A stretch of 62,950 nt of DNA, the filler included, from Octopus bimaculoides (lineage: Eukaryota), in assembly GCF_001194135.2 (NCBI RefSeq). It is 7 parts of 7 records of this genome, joined end to end, with 100 filler letters (N's around TTAATTAATTAA, not from the genome) between each part and the next. Parts side by side here need not be neighbours in the genome. Positions count along the whole stretch, not along the records: positions 38,100 to 54,196 come from NC_069005.1; 6 more parts are not named here. The stretch is one strand, 5' to 3'. The translations under genes and the position numbers were made by a program. Of this stretch, positions 38,790 to 52,566 are shown one piece after another. The notes under the pieces were generated by a model. The model did no database searches. It saw only the letters and a list, made by a program, of their open reading frames with translations, and was not told the origin of the DNA. Each line of letters opens with the position of its first letter. The first letter of the stretch is position 1.

Positions 38790-41700
38790 GACACTGCTTT
38801 CCCCCATTCCAGGGTCACATGGGCCCACTCCTCCCACACCGTCAGAATTGGCACTCTCAACGTCGACATGCTGAAAGGTAGGTTTGGTGAGATGCTTGAA
38901 CGGAGACGCGTAGATTTGTGCTGCATCCAAGAAGTTAGATGGAGAGGAGGTTCCGCGAGGTTCCTCACAGGCAAAGAACACAGGTACAAGATTTTCTGGG
39001 CAGGGAACACTGACGGGGTCGGGGGCGTGGGAATACTCCTAACAGAGAAATGGGTTGATAAGATAATTGAGGTAGTTAGAATATGTGATAGAGTACTTAA
39101 GATTAGGCTAGTGCTTCATCATAGGTTAGCTACCGTCATCTCGGCCTATGCCCCTCAACTGGGGCTACCAGATGAGCAGAAAGACTGATTCTACGACATC
39201 ATCCTGCAAACTACCTCGTTGACGAATGACAGGGACCTTCTCTTTGTGGCTGGCAATTTCAATGGTCATGTTGGACGTCATGCAGGGGGTTTCCATGGCA
39301 TTCATGGAGGCTATGGCTTCGGTTCCCGCAATGAGGAGGGAACCAGACCGCTGGAGTTCTGTAATGCAAACGATCTTATGGTTTGCAATACAAACTTCAA
39401 GAAACCTGCCTGTTACCTAGCCACCTACCGCTCTGGCAGACACTCTAGCCAGATCGACTACATCCTCGCCAGAAATAGGGAAAGAGGGCGGCTTATAAAT
39501 GCCAAAACCTTCCCTGGCGAAGAATGTACCCCTTAACACAGATTAGTAGTTAGTGACTTCAGGATCAAGGCAAAAAGGATGCCCAGAAGTAGTAGACCGA
39601 CTTGGAGGAGAAGGGTTTGGAAACTTAAAGATCCAGCAAATGGACAGAGATTTAGAGACATACTACTTGAAGCATTTGACGAAATAGAAGGGGATATAGC
39701 ATCATACAAGATGGAAGACAACTGGAGGTTCCTTCGGGACAACATGCTGAGTGCCACCGACCAGATCTGTGACTAGTGTAAAGTCCCCTCTCGACCCAAA
39801 GTAACTTGGTGGTGGAACAGTGTGGTTGACAGGGCTATCAGACAAAAGAAACAGGCTTGGAAGGACTGGAAGAATGGAGGTAGCAGGGAAGTGTATCAGA
39901 CTGCTAGAAGGGAAGCTAAGAGACAGGTTTATTTAGCCAGAAGGGAAGCAGATAAGAAAAAATTTGCCAATGTTCTGCGCCATGAGAACCAAAGACTTGA
40001 AGTATTTCGTGTTACAAGACAGTGTGTGAGAGAGAATCGTGATGTCGTGAGAGAGAAATGTGTTCACATGGATGATGGTACGCTTGCTCAAAATGTGGCT
40101 GCTAAGAAAGAGGTTTGGAGACGCCACTATGAAAGACTGCTCAATAAAGAGAATGAATGGGAGAAAGAGAGTCTGCCGAATGTCAACCCAACAGAGGGAC
40201 CAGCTATTCGAGTTGACAGTACCATGGTAGATAAAGCAATAATGAGTATGAAGACAGTGAAAGCCCCCGGCCCATCAGGAATCACTGCAGAGATGCTCAA
40301 AATATCTGGCAGTGTCGGCTATAGCCTAGTCACCCATATTGTTAACCAGGTGGNNNNNNNNNNTGAGAGCTGTGCGAGCCATGTACAGAGACGCTGTCAG
40401 TAAGGTGAGGGTTGGCAATGAGTACAGTGAAGAATTCCGGGTAGAGGTAGGGGTCCACCAAGGTTCTGTCCTGAGCCCCCTCCTATTTATCATTGTCCAG
40501 CAGGCGATAACAGAGTAATTCAAGAGAGGATGCCCCTGGGAGCTCCTCTATGCTGATGACCTTGCACTAATTACTGAATCACTATCAGAATTAGAGGAGA
40601 AGTTTCAGGTGTGGAAGCAGGGACTAGAATTGAAGGGCTTTAGGTTCAACTTAGCTAAAACCAAAGTTCTAATAAGTAGGAAGGTAGACAAAACACAGAC
40701 CCCTTCAGGTAGATGGCTCTGCTCGATCTGTAGAAAAGGTGTAGGTAGAAACTCTATAAGATGTACCCAGTGCAAGCTATGGACACATAAGAGGTGCAGC
40801 AATATCAAAGGCAGGTTAACTAGGAAGTTAGTCTTTGTATGTGGCAGATGTTCAGGTGCAATAAACACTGTAAACAAACAGGAAACAACTTCTGTCTCAT
40901 TCCAGGGAGAAAAACTAGAGGTAGTTGATAGCTTCCGCTATCTGGGTGACCAAGTTAGTAGTNNNNNNNNNNNNNNNNNNNNNNNNNNNNNNNNNNNNNN
41001 NNNNNNNNNNNNNNNNNNNNNNNNNNNNNNNNNNNNNNNNNNNNNNNNNNNNNNNNNNNNNNNNNNNNNNNNNNNNNNNNNNNNNNNNNNNNNNNNNNNN
41101 NNNNNNNNNNNNNNNNNNNNNNNNNNNNNNNNNNNNNNNNNNNNNNNNNNNNNNNNNNNNNNNNNNNNNNNNNNNNNNNNNNNNNNNNNNNNNNNNNNNN
41201 NNNNNNNNNNNNNNNNNNNNNNNNNNNNNNNNNNNNNNNNNNNNNNNNNNNNNNNNNNNNNNNNNNNNNNNNNNNNNNNNNNNNNNNNNNNNNNNNNNNN
41301 NNNNNNNNNNNNNNNNNNNNNNNNNNNNNNNNNNNNNNNNNNNNNNNNNNNNNNNNNNNNNNNNNNNNNNNNNNNNNNNNNNNNNNNNNNNNNNNNNNNN
41401 NNNNNNNNNNNNNNNNNNNNNNNNNNNNNNNNNNNNNNNNNNNNNNNNNNNNNNNNNNNNNNNNNNNNNNNNNNNNNNNNNNNNNNNNNNNNNNNNNNNN
41501 NNNNNNNNNNNNNNNNNNNNNNNNNNNNNNNNNNNNNNNNNNNNNNNNNNNNNNNNNNNNNNNNNNNNNNNNNNNNNNNNNNNNNNNNNNNNNNNNNNNN
41601 NNNNNNNNNNNNNNNNNNNNNNNNNNNNNNNNNNNNNNNNNNNNNNNNNNNNNNNNNNNNNNNNNNNNNNNNNNNNNNNNNNNNNNNNNNNNNNNNNNNN

Positions 41701-42541
41701 NNNNNNNNNNNNNNNNNNNNNNNNNNNNNNNNNNNNNNNNNNNNNNNNNNNNNNNNNNNNNNNNNNNNNNNNNNNNNNNNNNNNNNNNNNNNNNNNNNNN
41801 NNNNNNNNNNNNNNNNNNNNNNNNNNNNNNNNNNNNNNNNNNNNNNNNNNNNNNNNNNNNNNNNNNNNNGAGAAGACCTGGCAAGCCAAGTGAGACCAAA
41901 ATCCAAAGCCTCTGCCAGGGATGTAGCCAGCCCACTTACGCGTAACATTCCTTCTTTGGACACTAAACTCCACTTGCGAAGACCTGTTGGGGCAAGCGAA
42001 AGCGAAATCGTGATGGCACCAGTACCAGTAAATCACTAAGAGCACTGTCCGAGCGTGATCGTTGCCAGAGCACCAGCTGTCTGGCTTTCCTGCCGGTGGC
42101 ACGTAAATAGCAGCATTTGAGCGTGACCGTTATCAACGTCACCTTCCTGGCACTTGTACCAGTGGCACGTGAAAAGACATTCGAGCAAGTTCATTGTCAG
42201 TCCAGCTGGACTGGCTCCTGTGCAGGTGGCATGTAAAATACACCATTTCGAGCGTGGGCGTTGCTAGTACCCTGTGACTGGCCTTCATGCCGGTGGCACG
42301 TAAAATACACCATTTCGAGTGTGGCTGTTGCCAGTACCCCGTGACTGGCCTTCGTGCCAGTGGCATGTAAAAGCACCCACTACACTCTCTGAGTGGTTGG
42401 CGTTAGGAAGGGCATCTAGCTGTAGAAACTCTGCCAAATCAGATTGGAGCCTGGTGTAGCCATCTGGTTTCACCAGTCCTCAGTCAAATCGTCCAACCCA
42501 TGCTAGCATGGAAGGCGGACGTTAAACGATGATGATGATGA
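38790..42541 (+). mobile_element. Near full-length RTE-clade LINE (APE endonuclease + RT), inactivated, with an internal assembly gap
   Basis: IGTLNV...DLCCIQEVRW, VISAYAPQ, AGNFNGHVG and SQIDYIL (APE). KAPGPSGITAEMLK, GVHQGSVLSPLLF and LLYADDLAL (RT). 3' UTR has ggcacgtaaaa-containing subrepeats and a (GAT)n tail. In-frame stops present. Confidence 0.95.
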
Positions 42542-43639
42542 TTTTCAAGAGAAATGTGAGTTATCATTTATCTATAATAATCTGTAAATATGTGCAAGGA
42601 TTAATAAAAATATAACTTTTATAACTTTCTATTTCAGTGAGANNNNNNNNNNNNNNNNNNNNNNNNNNNNNNNNNNNNNNNNNNNNNNNNNNNNNNNNNN
42701 NNNNNNNNNNNNNNNNNNNNNNNNNNNNNNNNNNNNNNNNNNNNNNNNNNNNNNNNNNNNNNNNNNNNNNNNNNNNNNNNNNNNNNNNNNNNNNNNNNNN
42801 NNNNNNNNNNNNNNNNNNNNNNNNNNNNNNNNNNNNNNNNNNNNNNNNNNNNNNNNNNNNNNNNNNNNNNNNNNNNNNNNNNNNNNNNNNNNNNNNNNNN
42901 NNNNNNNNNNNNNNNNNNNNNNNNNNNNNNNNNNNNNNNNNNNNNNNNNNNNNNNNNNNNNNNNNNNNNNNNNNNNNNNNNNNNNNNNNNNNNNNNNNNN
43001 NNNNNNNNNNNNNNNNNNNNNNNNNNNNNNNNNNNNNNNNNNNNNNNNNNNNNNNNNNNNNNNNNNNNNNNNNNNNNNNNNNNNNNNNNNNNNNNNNNNN
43101 NNNNNNNNNNNNNNNNNNNNNNNNNNNNNNNNNNNNNNNNNNNNNNNNNNNNNNNNNNNNNNNNNNNNNNNNNNNNNNNNNNNNNNNNNNNNNNNNNNNN
43201 NNNNNNNNNNNNNNNNNNNNNNNNNNNNNNNNNNNNNNNNNNNNNNNNNNNNNNNNNNNNNNNNNNNNNNNNNNNNNNNNNNNNNNNNNNNNNNNNNNNN
43301 NNNNNNNNNNNNNNNNNNNNNNNNNNNNNNNNNNNNNNNNNNNNNNNNNNNNNNNNNNNNNNNNNNNNNNNNNNNNNNNNNNNNNNNNNNNNNNNNNNNN
43401 NNNNNNNNNNNNNNNNNNNNNNNNNNNNNNNNNNNNNNNNNNNNNNNNNNNNNNNNNNNNNNNNNNNNNNNNNNNNNNNNNNNNNNNNNNNNNNNNNNNN
43501 NNNNNNNNNNNNNNNNNNNNNNNNNNNNNNNNNNNNNNNNNNNNNNNNNNNNNNNNNNNNNNNNNNNNNNNNNNNNNNNNNNNNNNNNNNNNNNNNNNNN
43601 NNNNNNNNNNNNNNNNNNNNNNNNNNNNNNNNNNNNNNA

Positions 43640-44785
43640 TATCCGAAAGATATGCCAATTTGGTGCACTAAAGTTCATCTTGAATCAGATTTTGGAATTC
43701 ATTCTATTGATTTTCTTCAAAAAGTTTAAGCATCATTTTTCCCAATTCATATATATGACAAAGCACATGACTTTGAAAGCCAATGAGATTCGTATATGTG
43801 ACAAAGCACATGACTTTGAAAGCCAATGAGATTCGTATATGTGACAAAGCACATGATCTCTTAAAAGCCAACAAAATGGTGTTCCCATTTCTTCACAAAT
43901 ATGAGCAAATAATTTTGATTTAAGAGGTCTACTTTTGATGTAATTGACCATTTGAACCACTTTGTTTATAAGTCTTTGTAAATCATCTCCAACAGTTTGT
44001 GCAATTAGTGCTTGGGCAAGTGTCTTCTACTATAGCCTCAGGCCAATCAAAGCTTTGTGANNNNNNNNNNAATGGATTTCTGATCCAATCATAGTTTTGG
44101 ATTTCAATATTTGGAAAATATCTATCTACCTAGGTTGTCTCTCAGGACGCCCCAAAAGGGTAGAAGAACTACTCTGTGGTCAACAGCCAATTCAACAAGT
44201 ACCTCATCACGGTGAAGTGCCTGTGTGTTCCATTGACCTGGAGAGCTATGCTGGAAGGAGAGAAATCTTCAGGCAGGTCTTACCAGGCCAGATAGATCAA
44301 AGGGTAGAAGACAAACAAAACCTTAACCATTATAGGATTAAACCTCAACAACAATAAATCGAAGTGTTGGCAGCAGGGCATGAATTTAGTTATCGGCAGG
44401 ACCTAACAGATCAGATTTGTGGCTTTGAACTGACAGGATGTCATGCAGAGGATCTTGAATATAAGACAATGCTAAATGGTCAACAATTAATGAGCTGATC
44501 TCACACTCACAAGTTTTGGAAAACATTTCAAAATTTCCTTCTTTTACTATGCGTTTCCAAATTGTTATCTTGTCTCTCATAGCAAAAACTTTTATCATCT
44601 GATATTAAGATATTTTCTGCTTTTCCCTGTTTACCTGCATTAATTTTACTCAAATATATCCGAAAGATATGCCAATTTGGTGCACTAAAGTTCATCTTGA
44701 ATCAGATTTTGGAATTCATTCTATTGATTTTCTTCAAAAAGTTTAAGCATCATTTTTCCCAATTCATATATATGACAAAGCACAT
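43640..44785 (-). mobile_element. hAT (Buster/Charlie, ZBED5-like) transposase remnant
   Basis: VQMVNYIKSRPLKSKLFAHICEEMG, HWLSK and DKITIWKRIVKEGNFEMF match Buster-type hAT transposases. Fragmented, with 43640-43770 repeated at 44656-44785. Confidence 0.75.
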
Positions 44786-45200
44786 NNNNNNNNNNNNNNN
44801 NNNNNNNNNNNNNNNNNNNNNNNNNNNNNNNNNNNNNNNNNNNNNNNNNNNNNNNNNNNNNNNNNNNNNNNNNNNNNNNNNNNNNNNNNNNNNNNNNNNN
44901 NNNNNNNNNNNNNNNNNNNNNNNNNNNNNNNNNNNNNNNNNNNNNNNNNNNNNNNNNNNNNNNNNNNNNNNNNNNNNNNNNNNNNNNNNNNNNNNNNNNN
45001 NNNNNNNNNNNNNNNNNNNNNNNNNNNNNNNNNNNNNNNNNNNNNNNNNNNNNNNNNNNNNNNNNNNNNNNNNNNNNNNNNNNNNNNNNNNNNNNNNNNN
45101 NNNNNNNNNNNNNNNNNNNNNNNNNNNNNNNNNNNNNNNNNNNNNNNNNNNNNNNNNNNNNNNNNNNNNNNNNNNNNNNNNNNNNNNNNNNNNNNNNNNN

Positions 45201-45252
45201 CCAATCAAAGCTTTGTGAGTGGATTTGGTAGATGGAAACTGAAATAAGTCTG

Positions 45253-45285
<33 letters not shown>

Positions 45286-45523
45286 TGTGTGTGTGCACGT
45301 GCGCATGTGTGTGTGTGTGTGTGTGTGTGTGTCTGTCTGTCCCCACCACCATTGCTTGACAACTAATATTGGTGTGTTTACATCCCTGTAACAGCTTGGC
45401 AAAAGAGACCAATAGAATAAGTACTAGGCTTACTAAGAATATGTCCTGGGGTCGATTTGTTCAACTAAAAGCGGTGCTCCAGCATGGCCACACTCAAATG
45501 ACTGAAACAAATAAAAGAACAAA
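45201..45523 (+). mobile_element. SINE family A copy (head lost in gap)
   Basis: Homologous to 23175-23450. Confidence 0.85.
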
Positions 45524-46159
45524 AGAATTCCAAGAATGGAGTTTTGTATCTTCTTTAGAAACCAGCTCCTTCCTCAGAGGAGGAATTTAGATAATTAAAA
45601 ACAAGAGAATATATATATATAGGCTTGGATAGGCACCTTCGGCATACAAGCATGCATGTATGTATGTATGTATGTATGGGTGTGCATGTGTGTGTGTGTG
45701 TGTGTAATTTTGTTTCACTCTCTCTCCTTGCCTTGGATCATGTGATAGTTGTAAGCAAATGTCACTGTCTTGCAAGCAATGTCATTTGTTTCCAGCTTCC
45801 ATGGAAACATGTTTGGGCATGGTGAAGTATTACTTGGAAAACAGGAAAGGTTTGGCAATAGGAAGAGCATCCAGTTGTGCAAAATCTGTCTGATCCATGC
45901 AAGCATAGAAAAGTAGATATTTCATTCATTTTGTGGACGGTAATATTAACAACCAAGACATTAAAACCACACCTGATTGTTCAAGTGTTTCAATTCTGTC
46001 TATGTACATATATTTACTCAATTGTTCACATTTATGAATGGTTTCTCCCTTAGTTTTGAAGCACTATTTTCTATCATTATTAAAATTTTTGGCAATTTTT
46101 ATGACAGGGGTATGCTAATAGTAATCTCCATCATTCGCACATGTGTAATATATGCTCAC

Positions 46160-47933
46160 CATACTGACTAAGTGTTGGACTATACCCGAGTAAGTAATAT
46201 TCATTAAAAGTGTTGGACTATATCTAAGTAATACTCATTAAAATTTATTTCTATTTTCCAAATGAAATGATATTATTCAACCTTAGGATAACAAACAGGA
46301 AATATATACTTTAAACTTGTTACACAAAAATTACGAAAAAATACACGTGCAAAACCATTTAACACCAGAAATGAACAGACTGGTACTCTACAAAAATGAT
46401 GACCATCAAAATAAAGGGCTGGATGTTATTCCTCATGTCCCACAAATAAAATCAAAAAAGCATAGATGGATACATGAGGAATATATTTCAATCCTACATG
46501 CTTATTTTATAGCAGTGCTCTATCTACAGAACAAAAACACAACAACATTTACATATAAAATCTGGAAGTAAAATAACCTAGATAAAGATTTGGATACAGC
46601 AATGAACCCTAATAAACTAGCTAACATACGGAGATATATTCTGAAAACAAAAAAATATGAGAATAAAAAATGGAACACTTTAAAGGAAAAATACATCAGG
46701 AAAATGTAGATAGTAACCCCATAGCAATGCCAAATAATATAAGCACTGGGACTGTAAATTACAAAGACAGACATAACTTGTCTAACAAAAACGAAGTAAA
46801 CAATGAAAGACAACAAATCCAGACCATAGGAATGTATAATGATAAGCAAAATGCACCAAACCAGAACACCACAGACAAAAATATGAACGGGAGAGAATAC
46901 GAAACAAATCTAAAACCTGGAAACAGTGAAGGTGAAACTAACGATTACGATACTCTAAAAATAAGCATAATCAAAGAATTGAAAGCCACAGATCTCAGTA
47001 TGGACCACCGATAGTACCTCCGAAAAATAAAAATTGATAATAAAACATCAAGAATAAATAGCATGAACCTGGCTGTCACAGAATAGCCACAGAAACAAAT
47101 GCCAATATGACCAGGTTAAATAATATGCAGCAGTCTCTGTGGCCACAAAAGAAGCTGGATACCCACTAAAACCCATCCAAACAGGAGTATAACCACCCAA
47201 ACAAAGCCTGTGGATAAATAATACCCAGAAAAAATAAAAGGATTTTTAATTGCAGCCAGCACAAGATCAAAGCCTTCCCACCAGAAATTACCAAAAACAT
47301 GTAATGAAAAGAAATACAAGTAATTGCAGAATATGTGGAGATGGAGAAAAAACAATAAATCATATGGTCTCTGGCTACCCAGTCCTAGCTAAGAAGGAAT
47401 ATATTTACAAACACGACAGAGTTGGGACCTATATACACTGGAAGCTATGCCAACAATATAGAATAACAACAGAAAATAAAAGGTCACAGAAAATGCAAAA
47501 TCAATCATACTCTGGTAGATGCCAATACACACAGATAGAGAAATTAAGGCCAATAGGTCAGATATTGTCAGAGATCACCAAGAAAAAAAATGCTTTCAAA
47601 TCAATGTGTCAATGCCAATAGATTACAATGTTTCTCTAAAAGAAATGAAGAAGCTTTCAAAATACAAAGATCTAGAAAGAGAGGTAACTTGAATGTGAAG
47701 TCTAAAAACAGAAACAATTCCTATCATAGTAGGCACATTAGGTATGATAAGACATCAGGACTAACAAGTATATGTAATATACAGAAAATAGCACTACTAG
47801 GACCACACATATCCTATGTAAAACACTTTCAATAGTGAAAATAAGAGCATCACAACAAACCGCAGCACATCACACAATGCACACAGAGCTGTGCTTGGTA
47901 GTGCAGTGAAAACACATGATAAAAATAAGACTA

Positions 47934-48017
<84 letters not shown>
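46160..48017 (+). mobile_element. R4/Dong-type non-LTR element (restriction-like endonuclease class), internally deleted, ending in (AAT)n
   Basis: N-terminal KHRWIHEEY...NKLANIRRYIL, then C-terminal GFLIAA-QDQSLPTRNYQKH, CRICGDGEKTINHMVSGYP (zinc knuckle), HDRVG and IKANRSDIV. 3' (AAT)n array. Confidence 0.8.
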
Positions 48018-48019
<2 letters not shown>

Positions 48020-49027
48020 TGATGATGATGATGATAGTTTTAAATTTTGGTACAAGGCCAGCAATTTTGGGGGTCTCCCCCCAAAAGTCGACAACATTGA
48101 CCTTAGTGTTCAACTGGGACTTATTTCACCAACCCCTAAAAGGTGAAAGACAGAGTCTACCTCAGTGAAATTTGAATTCAGAACGTAAAGATGAACAAAA
48201 TGCTGCTAAGCATTCTGCTAGCTTGCAGCCCAAGTACTAATAATCCTTTTTACTGTAGGTCAAAGCCAGAAATTTGGGAGGAGATGGGGACAGTCGATTA
48301 CATCAACTCCAATGCATGACTTATATTTTTTCCATTGATTCTGAAAGGATGAAAAACAAAATCAACCTTGATGGAATTTGAAGTCAGANNNNNNNNNNNN
48401 NNNNNNNNNNNNNNNNNNNNNNNNNNNNNNNNNNNNNNNNNNNNNNNNNNNNNNNNNNNNNNNNNNNNNNNNNNNNNNNNNNNNCTATTAACATCCTTTA
48501 CTTTCTTATCAGTGAGGATACCAAAAATTCACAGATGTTTAAATAGCAGGGGGGGGGGCTTACAAAGAGGTGGGCAAGATGGGCAAATTATACAAAAAGG
48601 AGGGGAGGAGTGAAAAACATACAATACATAATAGGATAAGTTAAGAAGTGTAGATAAAGACACAAATAATTACACATAGCAAAATAGATAAGTACAATAA
48701 AAAAAAAACTAATTAAAACAAAATATGCGTGTGTATAAAATTTTCTGTTTTGATTATGTTTTCCTTCTGATGTCCCCAATGCTTCACTGTATTGTTTGAT
48801 ACTTATTCCCAAATCTTCCATATTGGCACCACAGTCCTAACAAACAAGTGAGTACCTTTGCATAATTCTTTCAAATTTTGGCACAAGGCCAGCAAAAATA
48901 TAAAAAAGAGTTTTCTTATTAAAACCACATGAGAGAATACATTGCAAGTGAAAGGTGTATAACTATATAGATTAACCAATCAAACTGCAGTGCAATAAGA
49001 CCAATCAATGATATAGTGCCTACCAAC

Positions 49028-49126
49028 CTGATACAGTGCAGGGCTGTCAGCAACATGTGGGTAGAGTCTAAAGAATGGACGAAGTTGGGAGGAAACGCAT
49101 TCTTCTGTTTCACAGAGTTTGGCTTT
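49028..49126 (-). CDS. POLRMT: Mitochondrial RNA polymerase, internal coding exon ([33 protein letters not shown])
   Basis: [19 protein letters not shown] is the hallmark palm-proximal motif of POLRMT/T7-type RNAPs. Acceptor ctctatttttccag ends at 49127 and donor GTTGGT starts at 49027. The 99-nt exon (1+96+2) joins the upstream exon in frame (GA+A = Glu). Confidence 0.95.
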
Positions 49127-52099
49127 CTGGAAAAATAGAGTCCAAAGAACTGATATTAGATATTAGACATTTTGAGAACAGAATCAATGTTGAGCCTAAA
49201 AGTATAAATTACATTTGAGAGTGAATGGCAGAGTTTTTATAGTGTAATTGGTTATGAGCCTCTAAATCTAAAATTCGATATATGATTTGAGTTTTGTCAG
49301 CTGGATAGTTGGTCATTAATTGAAATGGGATTTATAAAGACATTTACACTGAAAGGACAGTAAATGAAGAATAATATTATATTATTAGAGAGTGTAATAC
49401 TAAAGAATGGTGCGAGCATGGTTGTGCTGTTAAGAAATTTGCTTCCTAATCATGTGCTCTTGGGTTCAATCCCACTGAGTTGTACCTTAGTTTCTTCTAC
49501 AAAACCTGCAGGCTGTCTAAAGCCTAGTAGATGGATTTAGTAAACAGAAGCTGAAAGAATCCCACCATACACATGTGTGTGTATGTGTGTATTTGGATGT
49601 ACCCTTGAATGGATATCATGATAAATTAGTTATTGAGAAAGATTAGATGATAACAGTATGGAAGTCTACAGAACAGGATCAAATTTAATTACTCCTGTTA
49701 GATAGGCAGAGGGAAGGCAAATGCAAATCACTTTTGTCATGTGTTAAGAAAGCCTTGAGAATGTTCCACAGTCACTGAATGTCAAACTTTGACATGATGA
49801 TACAATACTTAAAAGAAATAATAGTTATACGAAGGAATGCTTTATTCACACTAACTTGCACAGAATATTAGTGACAATGGCATGTAAGTTATAGGAATGG
49901 CAGTATTACAGTCAGGAAAACTAGAGGTATAAGAAGGACTGCTTCAGTCACAAAAACTTCGAAAATTTTGTCCTATTTGATTGGTTTCTATGGAGTTACC
50001 ATTTATCATATTCCACATGTATTGGTCAATTCACTGTAACTCTAACATTCTTTAAGAAATTGTTGTGACTTAAACATTCCTTCCTACACCTCTAGCATGT
50101 GATACTAGTGTTCCTTACTATGACTGATTTTCCTATAGTTATAGGAAAGAAATGTTTGAGAGATAGTAATTATATAATTTTGTATATGAAAGTATTTCTA
50201 GCCTTGATCTAAAAATATTTTGAAGGTTATAATCCTGCCACCTCTAGATGTGTGCTTTTAACAACTGAAGGAATGTGATTCTGATTTATGAAGAAATAAT
50301 TTCTTCTTTTTCTTTTCGGTGTAGTTATACTATTGCATTTACAAATCAGTCCTCACTACCAGATGATTTACAGTGAATATCAACTGATATCAACATGACT
50401 CTGTGTTCATTTACAAAACACTATACCTCACCAGTCATTCTAAAAACAAACAGTCCATGCTCCATGCTGATATGGGTTGGACTGTTTGACAGGATCCAAT
50501 GGGTCCAAGGACTGCATCATGCACTGATGTCTGCTTTTGCATGGTTTCTATCACTAGATGCCCTTTACAGTATGTACTGGGTGCTTTTTTTCATGCCATT
50601 AACACTACTGATATCACCATGCAGCTTGAAAGATGACAAGCCCTAAGGGAGGAAGTGTTGACTTTATGCTAGGGGATGAACAGTTATGTATGAATAAAGG
50701 GAGGGGGCAAGGCAGTCTCTTGTAGAAGAGCTGCATAGTTAATAACATTTAGCAAGGAAAGAAAAGAATGATCATTAGGAGCTTCAAAGAGATAGATAGT
50801 TGAAATGAGGTGTCCAGGTGGCCCCTACAAAGTATGAGGTGAGTAGAAGTGGGTCATATAGGAATTGCACAACTGTATGAGGAACAGGAGATGATGTGAT
50901 GGAGAGGCAGCCTGCAACTGTAAAAAACTGTACCAAGGTTGATATAATGAGGTAAAAAATTGCAAGCTGCCAGTTTTCTCACTAGTGGAGAGGCCATAAA
51001 ACTACACCATCTCTGTCCAATACTGGTCCAGAATGTGGCTAGAAATATATAGTCTATGGTACAGGAATAGCTGTGTGATAAATACTTGCTTCTCAATCTC
51101 TGGGTCACAGGTTCAGAGCCTCTGCACAGCACCTTGAACAAAGCTCTTCTATAGCCCTGGGCCAACTGAAGTTTTGTGAGTGGATTTGGTAGACGGAAAC
51201 TGAAAGCTTGTCCCATGTGTGTGTATGTCTCCCTCCTAGCAATGACAAAGCAAGTTTCATCAGCCTCCAAATAGTGTCCTTCATTTTCAAACATCTGTGA
51301 AAACACATCAGGTCACAGGAAAATATAACCATACTTGGAAAATGACGAGGGTTGGTGACACAAAGGGCATCTGGCTATAGAAAAATCTACCAACAAATTC
51401 TGCCTGGTCCATGCGAGCATGGAAAAGTTGAAATAATGATGATGATGATGATGATATGAACCCAAACATATTCTGTTTTGTAACTCTTATACAATTTTGT
51501 TAAAAACTGCTGAACTTTTAATTACATTTTAAAGACAACCTTGGTCACCTAATTCTAATAAAACTAATGAAACAAAAATTATATTAGAGAGAGAATTTAT
51601 TAAAAAAAAACTTATTATTTAGAAAATGGTGAATTCTATTTCTTTTATCAAATAATTATAGAAATTTTTTTTATAGAATCCACTGCGAAACATTACCCTA
51701 AAGAATGGTTCAACAAGGTCATTGTTATTATTGTCCTCATCACCACTATCAACATTTTATGTCTCATTTCCATGCTGGCATGTGCCAGACAAATTGCCAC
51801 AGTCCAAGTCAGTTCTTATATCAAGTTATTACCTTCCTAAATGTGTCAGAAAACAACACCTCACTTCTTGATTTTTTTTATGGCTGGATACTCTTTCTAT
51901 CATCAAGTCCTTTACAGATTGTACTGGGTGCAGTTTATCATGTCACTAGCAATAGAGAGATTATTATGTCCTTACCAAGACTAAAGGGCTTTCCTTGACT
52001 CTACATTGTCTTGAATACTACAAATATTGTGTTGAGTCAAAAGTTCTGCAATATTTTGGTAACTTATTTGCTTTGTTTGACAAGTTACAACACAAACAA

Positions 52100-52440
52100 C
52101 CTAGCATTCAAAGTAGAGGTCATTGTGTTGCACAATCTGAAACCATCTTTCAACTAGTTCTTTGATCTCACGCTGATACCAGTTCATGTCCTTCATGCAT
52201 TGTGAGCACAGGAAGTGAGCCATGGATCAAAACAAGAAATAATCCATGGGAGATATTTTCCGCAATCATAATGTGCATAAGCAGTGCTTAAGCAAGTGGA
52301 GGTGGAAGCTTCAGTGAAGGAGTTCTTCATCTTGAGGGACAAGAACTGGTAGAAATGTGGGATCAAAGAACTGGAAGAATTATAACTTCAGACAAGGAAA
52401 CACGATGGCTTCTGCTTAGAATGCTAGGCTGCTTTTTTAT
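52100..52440 (+). mobile_element. mariner C-terminal remnant inside a POLRMT intron
   Basis: KVEVIVLHN... and VEVEASVKEFFILRDKNW*KCGIKEL resemble mariner C-termini. Very decayed. Confidence 0.5.
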
Positions 52441-52566
52441 AATTTGATGAATAAAGAAAATAAGTTATCAAAATATTGTTAAACTTGTGACTCAACACAA
52501 TAAGACAGAGTAAGGCAAAGACACATGAAGTAAAATAAATTTTTCATTAAAAAAAAGGTTCCTCAC

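Noticed and set aside
44097-44357. 86-aa ORF with weak resemblance to Gypsy RNase H (KNYSV...NKYLI)
   Set aside because: Too short and decayed to support a call without a profile search.
50495-50535. Minus-strand SVHD...WTH resembling the missing POLRMT motif C
   Set aside because: Out of frame (8 nt between the motifs), upstream of the 49126 exon so in the wrong order, and inside a decayed RTE 3' UTR copy.
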